From: Camelus dromedarius
Lineage: Eukaryota
Reading direction: 5' to 3'
Assembly: GCF_036321535.1 (NCBI RefSeq)
Contig: NC_087436.1
Span: 34,164,001-34,228,000 of the forward strand
DNA length: 64,000 bases
Shown: piece by piece, positions 40,560 to 51,429 of the stretch
Layout of the letters: each line of letters begins with the position of its first letter
Position numbering within the stretch: the stretch's first letter is position 1
Notes under the pieces: generated by a model
Told to the model about the DNA's origin: nothing
Seen by the model: only the letters and a program-made list of their open reading frames with translations
The model's database searches: none
Made by a program: the position numbers and the translations under genes

Positions 40560-42866
40560 GATTCAGGATGTCCAATGATTATATACAAAACTGATACAGA
40601 AATTTCTCACCTGATAAATAACATTGAATAAATCACCTAGCACAAAAAGAAAGAAAAAAAAAAAGAGAGAGAAAGAAAGAGAGAGAGAGAAAGGCTTATA
40701 GCTAAAGAATGGAAAAAGACACACCATGAAAATACTAAAAGAGACAGCAACAGGAAGAAACATGGATACAAATAAAAAAGATGTACAGGTAAAACTCATC
40801 ACTAGAAATTAAGAGAAACATTTCATACTAAAAAAAGTTTCAACAGAAAGATATAAAAATTATAAATTTGTATGTACCTAAAAATATGACTTAGAAACAT
40901 ACAAAGTCAAATCTGGCATAACTAAAAGGGAATGGACAACTTCACAGTAGCAGGAGATTCTGAGATACTTCTACCAGTAACTGATTGAAAAAGTAGAAAA
41001 ATATAAATATTACAAATAGCACATTTGAACAACAAGATTGCAAAATTGAACTACTTAAATGTAAGGAACTGTGATCCTCCACAGAACAATATACACATTA
41101 TTTTTTAGCACATGAACAAAACAATGACCATGTGCTAGGTTGAAAGCTTGTTTCATTAAATTTCAAAATCTAAATTATGCAGAAAATACAATCTGACAAC
41201 AATATAATAAAGCAAGAAATCAACAGAAGGTAATTACAAAATACTATATGTCCTTAAATAAAACAACATATTATTAAATAACTCAAAAGTTAGAGAATAA
41301 ATCATACTTAATATTGGAAATCATTTATAAACAAATAATAATTCATAGTACATAAAATGCTACCTTAATACCTTGTCATGTTTAAAGAGAAATATTGCCT
41401 TAAATGAATGTATTAGGAAAGAAAAAAACCTAAAAATCAATTAGAAATTTAGCAACATACAAACAGCAATTTAAATCCCAAAAGTATAAAAGAAAGAAGA
41501 TAATGAAAATAAGAACAGGAGTCAGTGAAATAGAAAACAATCATATACTAAAATCATCAACAGAGGTGAAGTTGTTTTCATGAAAAGTCATTAAAAATGT
41601 TAAGTCCCTAAAAATAATTAGAAGGATAAAAGTGAAAGGCACAAATAATAAATGTCAGTAATGAATGGGATAGAATGCTACAAACCATCCACACAAAACA
41701 TAATATTGTCATACTAATAATTATTGCATGATTGCATCATTGATATGCATTATACATAATATGAATAATCTTATGCAAGTTAATTTGCAAATTTAGAAAT
41801 ATTTCAAAACAAAACAAATATTGACAAATATGAATACTTCTATTAAAAAAGCATTTGTAAGCAATATTAACTTCTCACAATGAAACTCTGTGCTTAGATT
41901 GTTTCAACCACAATTGATACTAAAATCTTAAAAAATACTTAATGCCATATTCCCAGAAACTTTCAGAAAACAGAAGAGAGAACACTCACTATATTATTTT
42001 TATGAATTCAGGCTTTGATGCCAAAACATAAAAATTATTATTAAAAATAACATTTACAAAGCAATCTATTCATTAACTGGATGCAAACATTTTAAACAAA
42101 TATATTAAATCAAATCCAGTAAATATTTTAAAAGGATACTATTGTTTTACTATTTGGTTTTTATTTTATAATTAGAAGTGTACATTAATATTTGAAAAAA
42201 TTGATGAAATTTATCACATTAACATAATAGAAAAGAAAATTCTGTGATTAACAAAAGATACAGAAAAACATTTGATAAATTCAACAACTATTCATGATAA
42301 AGAGATTACAAAACATAGGAACTTCCTTATTATGATAAATGTATAATCACATTTTACAAGCATCTTACTTGATGAGTTGAATTAAAATTATGTATAAAAG
42401 CACCAAGAAAACTTTTTTAAAATTGGACAGACTTACTTTAAATGATTTTAAGATTTATTATGAAATTATATAATTAAGACATTGTACTATAAGAATAGAA
42501 AAATACAACAATATATAAATAGAGAGCCCAGGCACAAATGAACATACATAAGGACCAGACACAAACTTGGCAGTGCACAGCAGTGGAGAAAAGGTGATCT
42601 TTTCAATAAATGGTGATGGGATGACTGGAAATCTGTGTGGAAGAAACTTGACCACTATTTCACATCATACACAAAAATCAATTTGAGGTACGTTGTAGAT
42701 CAATGTGACTGAAAAAAAAAATACAGTTTCTAGAATATACCATACAATAACGTCTTCATGCTGTCAGAGTAGGGAAGGATATCTGCAACAGAACCCCAAA
42801 AGCAGTTGCCATGAAGAAACAGACTGATAAACTGGAATCCAAATTTAAAATTTCTGTTCATTAAAA
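40560..42866 (+). mobile_element. Ancient LINE-1 ORF2 (endonuclease through RT, internally deleted; L1ME/M5-like)
   Basis: A-rich. aaagaatggaaaaagacacacc (EN), gatacagaaaaacatttgataaattcaacaac (RT '[10 protein letters not shown]'-like), cttttcaataaatggtgatgggatgactgg. Confidence 0.85.
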
Positions 42867-43406
42867 GTTCACCTCACACCAGTCAGAATGGCCATTATTA
42901 AAAAGTCCACAAACGATACATGCTGGAGAGGCTGTGGAGAAAAGGGAACCCTCCTACCCTGTTGGTGGGAATGTAGTTTGGTGCAGGCATTATGGAAAAC
43001 AGTTTGGAGATTCCTCAAAAAACTAATCCAGCAATCCCACTCCTGGATATATATCCAGAGAGAACTCTAATTCAAAAAGATACATGCACCCCAATGTTCA
43101 TAGCAGCACTCTATACAATAGCCAAGACATGGAAGCAATTGAAATGTCCATTGAAAGATGACTGGATAGAGAAGCTGAGCTATATTTATACCACAGAATA
43201 CTAAACAGCCATAAAAAAGAATAAAATAATGCCATTTGCAGCAACATGGATGAACCTGGAGACCATCATTCTAAGTGAAGTGAGCCAGAAAAAGAAAAAA
43301 AAATCATATAATATCATTCATATGTGGAATCTAAAAAAAAAAGAAAAAGAAAAAAGGAGACGCTAATGAACTCATCTACAAAACAGAAACAAATTCCCAG
43401 ACAAAA

Positions 43407-43985
43407 TGTTGCAGAAAAATGTGTTACAGCTCAGTGTTACAGCTCAGTTGTGACAGCAACCTGAATCCCGGCGAGAGACCAAGCAGCACTCAGAGGGTTG
43501 GAGAACACAGGATTGTTACACCAGCAGGCCCAGAGAAGTTAACACTTGAAGCTCTGGACCCCGTCTGTAAGTTTACACAGGCCTTTTATAGGCTGCCAGT
43601 TTTACACTTTGCAACATCATATGCAAATAAAGTATAACAGAAGTTGACCAACCAGGAACAAGCTTTGTAGAAATAGACCAATCAGGAGTGAGAGAAATAA
43701 CCAATCAGGAGTGAGCTCCGTGCAAATGAAGTACTACAAATGGACCAATCAGAAGTTAGGGAAGTGGACCAATCAGAAGTGAGAGTAATAACCAATCAGG
43801 AGTGAAGGAAATAACCAATCAGAAATGAGCTCAGGGAACCAACAGAATTTTAGGTGTAAGTCAGCCCCTTTAGAGGCAAAAAGTGAGATAGAGCCTCTGG
43901 GCCAGGGAACTAGACAGGTGTTGGCAGGAGAGTAGTGGCCCTGCCTGGGGGTCCTGCTGGTCTTTTTATGGGGCTTCCCACCTCA
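43407..43985 (-). mobile_element. Solo ERV LTR (579 bp; ERV1-like by inference)
   Basis: TG...CA termini interrupting the L1 3'UTR (…ccagac / atagtaaataatcttatggttacc…). Minus-strand TATAAAA at 43584-43590 and tandem CCAAT units. Confidence 0.88.
43584..43845 (-). promoter_or_regulatory. LTR U3 promoter motifs: six ACCAATCAG (NF-Y) boxes, octamer ATGCAAAT, TATA
   Basis: CCAAT starts at 43678, 43701, 43745, 43769, 43792, 43815; octamer 43621-43628; TATA 43584-43590. Motifs are seen directly, activity is unproven. Confidence 0.65.
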
Positions 43986-44169
43986 ATAGTAAATAATCTT
44001 ATGGTTACCAGGAGAAAGAGGGTAGGAAGGGATAAACTGGGAGATCGAGATTTGCAGATACTAACTACTATAAAAATAAACAAATTTCTCTTCTATAGCA
44101 CAGGGAACTATATTCAATATCTTGTAGTAACCTATATGAAATATGAAACAATATGAAAATTAATATATG

Positions 44170-44194
44170 CATATATATATATATATATATATAT
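44170..44194. repeat. (AT)n microsatellite within the L1 3'UTR
   Basis: Seen directly. Confidence 0.95.
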
Positions 44195-47014
44195 GACTGA
44201 AACATCACAGAGATAGGAGGCAGTTAGAAATAAGCCTTGATTACTAATTGAAAATAGAAGGATGAGACAGAGGAGAGGATTTATTTAGAATGATGAGTAG
44301 GTCTTGAGAGTCTGGCTGGACAATTATTAATGGTTGGAAATATTAATAAATTGATTATATTTATGATCTGGTATGAATACAGAGAGAGAATAGTGCTGCA
44401 GATAGAAATTCAGTAATCTTACATTTTATATGCATACTGTTGAAACTGAACTTAAAGCTGAATTCATGAGAATAGAATTCCTAAGCCAGAAATACCATAT
44501 AGACTAGACCTGAGGAAACTAAAGAAATGGTACCATTCTTGTCAAAAGACATTCCCATTTAGCTTGCAATGTGGGTCTTATCAATAATCAAGTTTCTTTA
44601 CAGGATAAATAAAAAGAGAACATAAAAAGAGTAAAAATGATTCTTCTTGGAAGCGATCGTGTTTAATTAGCTCTTTATAAGTGGTGTAATAATTGGCAGC
44701 ATTCAAATTGCTGACAGCTTCGCTTTCTCACTGCCTTCTTTTACTCCCTTCTTTTTTCCCCTAGCTTCTTTTAAAGGAAGATCAAAGCCTTTATAGCTGA
44801 GTGAATGCTAATGGTGCATACATTTATTTGAAAGGCTTCAAGCCCTTGAAAATCTGCACATAACATTTTTTATTCCCAAATGTCTGCCTGTAAGTGTGTT
44901 TGATACTATTAGAGGAATTATCTCTACTCCACACCCCTCCACCCAGTTCTTTTAAAAAGAAAACAAGTCTACTTTCACATTTTGGAAATGTTGATTAAAA
45001 TGAGAGTTACATAACCTTTTTGACCCTCCACAAAATAGATACTTTGAACCACAGACTTGCCATAGAGTTAATGAGTCTCTTCCTCATGCATATGCACTTC
45101 CCTCCACATTGTACGCGGGGTGAGGAGGGGCCTGAGTCCACCACACAGGCTTGGGAACATGATTAAATCCTCTTGCTGGTGTATGTATGACGCTGACAGG
45201 TGGGAGGTGTTGCTGCTACAGTTTGTAAAGAAAGAATGGAATATTTTCAGTTGAACAAAAACATTTCCTGGATTCTTACAAGAACAAAACACCTTTCCAC
45301 TTTTTTTGAAAGAGTAAGAATTACCCGTGGCAATTTTGCAAGGCTGGTCTAGAGGTCGTTCAGAAAATGAAAGCTGATAAATACTAACGCTGATAGGATG
45401 GTTTCAGAGGAATTAATTTTCTGAAGTATTGGCTAAAATTGTTTATTTTATTTTGATCTAATTTAATTGTTTATAAATGTAATTAATAAATTTAACAAAT
45501 TTAATTATTTGATTTTGGGGTTTACTCTTTGAATATACATTATAAAGGGATATTTAGTGTTGTTGAATATGACAGCCAAATTTCAAGGGATACTATGTGT
45601 TCCTGGATACTTTGCCTGAGATACAGAAAGTCTTAAGTTACTAGTTGTTATTCTTGCTGTTTTTGTGAAAGGAGGAGAAAGAGGGAGGAGACAGGGAGAA
45701 AGCAGAAGATTTAAAATACCTACAGCACTCAGTGATCTCGGGAAACTGTACGGATTTTTCTGGTAACATCTCACCCTCTCTGGTAACATCACTGAGTGAA
45801 GAATGGCTTCATTGTATTAAATGGCACTTTGCTAATTCGAAAACACAAACAAAAGCTAGTAGAGCTAAACTGAACACTTCGGTGGTTCAGGAATTGGAAA
45901 AACTGCTTTATAACATCTGACCCTTGTCCTATCTAAGAAGATACCTCCCAACGCACCAGTTTATGCAAGAGTATTAAAAAGGGAAGAATTTCAACTAAGG
46001 CTTCAAAACATTAAACACCAATCCCCTAAATTCCAAAAAGAGGTTCAAGAACACCTGCGCTGGACACACAAAAGAAGGGAGTAAAGTCCTTAGTGGCTCT
46101 TGGCACTTCACACCGCCACCTATTTAGAGGAGAACAGAGGGCAGGAGCCGTGAGATGTGGAGGATTTCTTTAGAGTAAGATTCTCGGGCATCTTAGACAC
46201 CCACCCTCCACAAACACACCCAAAGCTAGTAGAAACCAGGAGATCTTCCTTTGAAAGAAGTGTAGAATTTTGACAAGTTTACAGCCCTAAACATGTTAAC
46301 ATGATAAAAGTGTATTATGCACTGAGACTGGCTGAGGGATTAAAGTCACCAAAATGTGTTTTATTGTCTGACAGCATCCAGAAAAATCTCTTAATCGTAT
46401 TTTAAAAAGTGGGCAAGAATTATCCCCATAGAGAATGGCTATGTAGGGGGAATCACTATAGAAGAAAATATAATTTCTGATCACATCCAATGAGCCTCTC
46501 TTAAACAACATGCTGACTTTACTGTATGTCAACTACCAAAATTTGTTTTATAATTAAACTTGCAGAATCCTCCATATGTTCAAATCTCCTTCATGCCCAT
46601 TTTCTGGCAAAATGAAATCTAATTCAGGAATTTAACCAGGAGTGTTTCATCCTAATTTCTATTCTTGTTGAGCAGTGTTTGTTATTTAATATATGAATAT
46701 CTCTATGGGTCTCTATGGTAACAAAGAAGTGTTTTGGTAGTGATTGGAGTGGTTCAGATGGTTGAAGGGGTGATAAGAATTATTGTTTTTAAAAATTCCA
46801 GGCCCCCTGCCAGTATTTTAGAAAACTGTCGCTCTCCAAGCTTATGATTTTGTTTAACTGCAAAACTTTAAAAAGGAAGAGCTCCCTCAGTGGGGAAGAC
46901 TACTTTGTAATGAGGACAATTCTGAAGCATTTTGTAATATGTTGGCAAAGAATTAATGTCAAGGTGTTTACTCCTTTGCTAAACTTAGATTGTGAACTGA
47001 TTAATTAAAAACAA

Positions 47015-47125
47015 AATAACTGTTATTAAGCATTTGTAATGTGCCAAGCTCTGCACTCAGCTTTTTACGTGGATTTAACCCTCACGACAACCAGCATGGT
47101 ACCATTATCATCCTTTTTACTTTTG
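47015..47125 (-). mobile_element. MIR fragment
   Basis: ttattaagcatttgtaatgtgccaagctctgcactcagctttttacgtggatttaaccctcacgacaacc. Confidence 0.75.
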
Positions 47126-48217
47126 ACTGATTGAGTATAAGAAGTTAGGTAAACTCTTCAAGAGCATACAGAATTAAAATCTTCTTAAATCTGTCTCTAG
47201 ACCCCATATTCTTAATGATTTTGCTGTCCTTTCTCTCTCTTTTCTGTATTTCAAACACAGCTTGGTTGGAATATCCAGGAATTCTAATAAAACAAATGTA
47301 TGTGTTCTGTGAGTTTGTGCATGTGTGGTTTGTGCATGTGTTTTGCTGGGAGGTGTGTGTGTGTGTTTCCATAAATCCTACAGTATTCTATGTATCTAAC
47401 CTAATCTTCTGTGCCAAGACCCTGTAGGATCACTTTTCTTCTTTATGTGTTTAACCAGAGCAAAATGAGCCATCCCCAACACCCATCTCTTACTACTCAT
47501 ATATCAAAGGATAATTCTTCCCGCGGTACCCCATTTAGTAGGATCAGGTTCCCGGCTTACACTGTATCAGAAGACTGGGAGTTATCTCCAGCTCCTTGCC
47601 ATCGTTGCACAGTTCTTGCTCATTCTACTCTGGCCTCTGGAGTTCAGTTGAGTTTGGCTTCTGCGTTGGTTCCCCAAGGCCAGGCTGGATCTGCTCTTTG
47701 CTCTGAGGCTGCTCCTCCCACTCTGAGTCAGCATGTGATTTGGTGACAGGCACCGTATCTTGGCTAACCCAAGAATCTCATCTACAACACAACTCTTCCA
47801 TTTCTTCAAGGTCTACCACTCCCCTCTTTGCATGAATCTTTGTGTGAATGAGAAAAAGGCCATCTTTCCTCTGGGAGGAAAAGTCCTCCATCAGAGGCAG
47901 CCTGAAGAGGGCACACAGGTTAGATTTCATCACCACGTGTGTGTCCTCTGGCCGCAAACACCCTCACAACATGCAGCGGCTACATCTGCTGACGAAAGCC
48001 CCTCCGCAGAGTGAGAACCTCAGGTCTCAGAGGCTTTCATTTCTGGTTAACAACTCAACAGTGACACCTCTGAGTTAGGAGAGTCCTAAGTGGAAAATAG
48101 GAAACTGGGCTGGTTGATGGAAAGATCTGGGGAAAATAAAATTTGCTTCCTTCTCTTCCTCCTGCCCATGTCTAACAAGGGCATTCCACTTTCAGATCTT
48201 TTATTCTTCTTCTAGCT

Positions 48218-48389
48218 TAATGGTTCTCAGCTTCGCTAGATATTAGAATTACCTGGAGAGCTTGGGCAACAATTGATCCTCAGGTTCAGCTCCGGACCAG
48301 TGAGACCAGGAACTGTCAGGGTAGGACTCAGGCATATATATTTTCCAAGGGCTTCTGGTGAGTCCAACAAGCAACGCTGAGACTCACTG
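48218..48389. mobile_element. MER5A (hAT-Charlie MITE)
   Basis: atggttctcagcttcgctagatattagaattacctggagagctt...ggactcaggcatatatattttccaagggcttctggtgagtccaa...tgagactcactg. Confidence 0.8.
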
Positions 48390-50925
48390 CAGACAGAAGT
48401 AACTGAGCTGTGAGGTGGTGTGGGGGTTAAACTGTGTGCTCCGCTCCTGACCTTCAGATCGTACCTCACGGTAATGAGTCTGTGTAACTTCAGTTATTTA
48501 TACCATAGAGGCTGCATTTGATCGTTTCATAATTCTTAACTACGGAATTCAACTCAAATCTATTAATTGTATTTCTTCAATGAGATTATCAAAATAGCTA
48601 AATCTATAATGATGCTAAGCAATTAAACAATGTATTTCAGACACTATAATTTTCTTTCTAGGAAGATCTAGTAGAGCAGCAAATAAACACTACCTGGTGT
48701 CACAGAGCAGCTTTCTGTAACACGAGTATTCCTGAAAAACATTACTGGGCCCCGAATAGCTCTTTTAAAATTTTTAACTATAATGCCCTTAAAAATTTTT
48801 TAATTAACTATAATAATTACCAAAAAGAAAAAAAAACAGTTTAGCATCATATTAATAGTTGCCTTTGAGAAATAACTGTTTAGATCATTTCTAAATGATC
48901 CGTCTGCAGAGGATGTAACATGGTACAATAACAATGCCATCCGTGGGCCACAGAGCTATCAGAGCGTCAGCAGACCACAGTTAACAGAACAAATATTTTT
49001 GGCTGTAGAGAGGTAGGCTCTCCAAACACAAATTAATCTCTTTAATGGATTTTCCTTACCTTCATGAAAAATGCATTATGGGCTCTTAAGTCACACTCAA
49101 CACATTGTTAGGGTTTTATATGATGTGGGGTTGGCACACAGATGATTTTTCTTTCACACTGTGGGTAGAAAAAACAATGATCTGGGTGGTTTAGAGCCAG
49201 ACTATTTAATCACTAGGTAAAAGACTGGTGACCAAGAGAAGCTGCATGATTCTGATGATTCCTCTTACTGCAGAAGCTCCTTAAGGTTTGTTGAGAGGTT
49301 AAAAAGAAACTGCATTAAAGGGCTTCCCACTTGTGAAATTTTAAAAGTATCAAAAAAACTGGCCCCAGTTAACCTCTTTACTAAATGTTATGATTTTCTT
49401 AAAGGCTGATTAAAAGAAAGTTGTCCTAACACACTGGAATTGCTCGTATTTATGACTAGCTTTCCTTTTATAATTATAATTATTTCTAAGAATCATTTAG
49501 ATTTGTGTTATTTCCTGACGTGGATGTCATGTGTAGATGGACCTTCATTTGGACTGAACGCCCACATTCACCAGGTCACGTGCATGGTGTAACTAAGTTT
49601 ACACCGCCTCGGGTAGGTCCAGATGTTGCCATGTTCCTTCCAGTGTTTAATCAGACACCCAGGCCCAGCCAGCCAGGAGGTCAGTAAGAATTTTCAGAGG
49701 GCAGATGTGGGGCACTCGTGAAGCTGTGGTCTACATTAGAGTTTTATGATAGCACCAGCCCTGCCTTTTCTTCAGGTTTTATCCCCCCCAGTTTTGGTTT
49801 CGTAAAACTGTTTCAAAACTACGAAGTTTTAATTTTTTAAATTGTCTTTTAAGAAGAGGTCAACAATCAACGTTCACATGGTTCAAATTAGTTAACATTG
49901 ATCAAAGCTGAACCCGTGCCTTAGAAGTGACTGTAACTTTTCCTGGGAGAAATCACCTTTTGGCAGAAGGACAAGATGGGAGAACCATGCACAGAACTGG
50001 GCAGAGCGCGCCTCTCTGAAACAGGAAGTCATGTGGAGTTGGCAACACAAAGTCTGCCTCCTGGTGCTGTTTGAAAGATCCGGACTTGACCATCATTGAT
50101 AATGCTGAGGATTCACAGGATGCCTGAATTTCAGGCAAAGTCCTTTGCAAATATATCCCAGGAAGAACTTACATGACCTAAATATTTTGGGTTGTCAACC
50201 TGTAGTATGACTCTATTTCATCACAAACACCAAGTGAAGAAGAATTAGGAGGGCAGTTCAGAATTTTCTGAGCATTCAAATAAGTAATGGAACTGGAACA
50301 ATAGTATTCAAATTAAAGAGGTAATTTAAGTTATGGTGGAGAAGCCCTGCTGTGACTATGGTGTCTTAGAGTAATTGGCTTTAGTTACATAACGCTGGAA
50401 GGTTTTTTTTTGTTTGTTTGTTTGTTTTTTCAATTAACTGTGTGCAGCAACCATGCATTTTCTGAGAGTTTATCACTGAACTCTAAACTCATGTAAAATC
50501 TAATGTGTAGTATGGCCTTAATTTCCCAAATTTCACAGTTAGTAATTTTTCTAGTACAGAGGCTGAAAGTCAGTTCTCCTTTTTATAGTGAACTAAGTTT
50601 GTAAAATACTGTATTTTATCTCACAAACACCAGCCTAATTGTTACTTATTTCATTTTCCAGAGGAATAAATGAAGATACAGAAAACAAGTAAGGCTTTAT
50701 TTTTATTCGTGCTCCATTCCCACCCATTGTTCACAGAATAGGTGACATAAATTAGGTCATATAAATTTCTTGATTAAAAAAGGGAAAAAAACTGCAAGGA
50801 TTCCTTGTGGTGTTAATAGTAAATCCAAACTTAACACAGGAATCCAAACAATTTAGAAGAACTGACTCAGTCACCAACCTCTGCTTGTACCACTGTTCAC
50901 TCCTCCATCTCAGCTCTTTGGTCAC

Positions 50926-51429
50926 TGTGGTCACTGAATAGTGATCCCAAAGATGTCTGCATCTGAACCAGGAACCTGTGAGTACACTACCTTACGTACA
51001 AAAGGAATTTTACAAATGTGATCGAGTTAAGGATCCTGAGATAGGAGATTATCCTGGATTATCCAGTTGGGCCCAATGTAATCACATCTATCCTTAGAAG
51101 AAGGAGACAGGAGGATCAGAGTCAGAGGGAAATGATGTAAAGGTGGACACAGAGATCGGAGAGGAGAGAAGATGGCATGATGCTGGCTTTAAAGATGGAG
51201 CAAGGAGCCACAAAAGGATTATAAGAGAACTCTAGATGCTGGAAAAGGCAACGAAATGAATTCTCCTTCCGAGCTTCTATCAGCAACACAGGCCAGCTGA
51301 CACCTTGGTGTTAACCCAGTGAAACTGATTTTGAAGACTTCTGACCGCTGTAAACATATGGCAATAAACTTATGTCCCCTTCGACCCCTCCGTCCGTGGT
51401 TATCTGTTAGAGCGGCAATAGGACACACA
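50926..51429 (+). mobile_element. MLT1D-like solo LTR
   Basis: gagttaaggatcctgagataggagattatcctggattatccagttgggcccaatgtaatcaca...gctggaaaaggcaacgaaatgaattctcc...gcggcaatagga. Confidence 0.92.

Larger units (their letters stand above)
42868..44203 (+). mobile_element. Young 5'-truncated LINE-1 interrupted by an ERV LTR; terminal bases and poly(A) missing
   Basis: ORFs 42888 ([46 protein letters not shown]) and 42992 (QKDTCTPMFIAALYTIAKTWKQLKCP) are the ORF2 Cys-rich C-terminus. The 3'UTR resumes at 43986. Confidence 0.95.

Noticed and set aside
43640..43845. Regularly spaced ~23-bp repeats, superficially array- or CRISPR-like
   Set aside because: No unique spacers; these are tandem U3 enhancer units inside an LTR in a eukaryote
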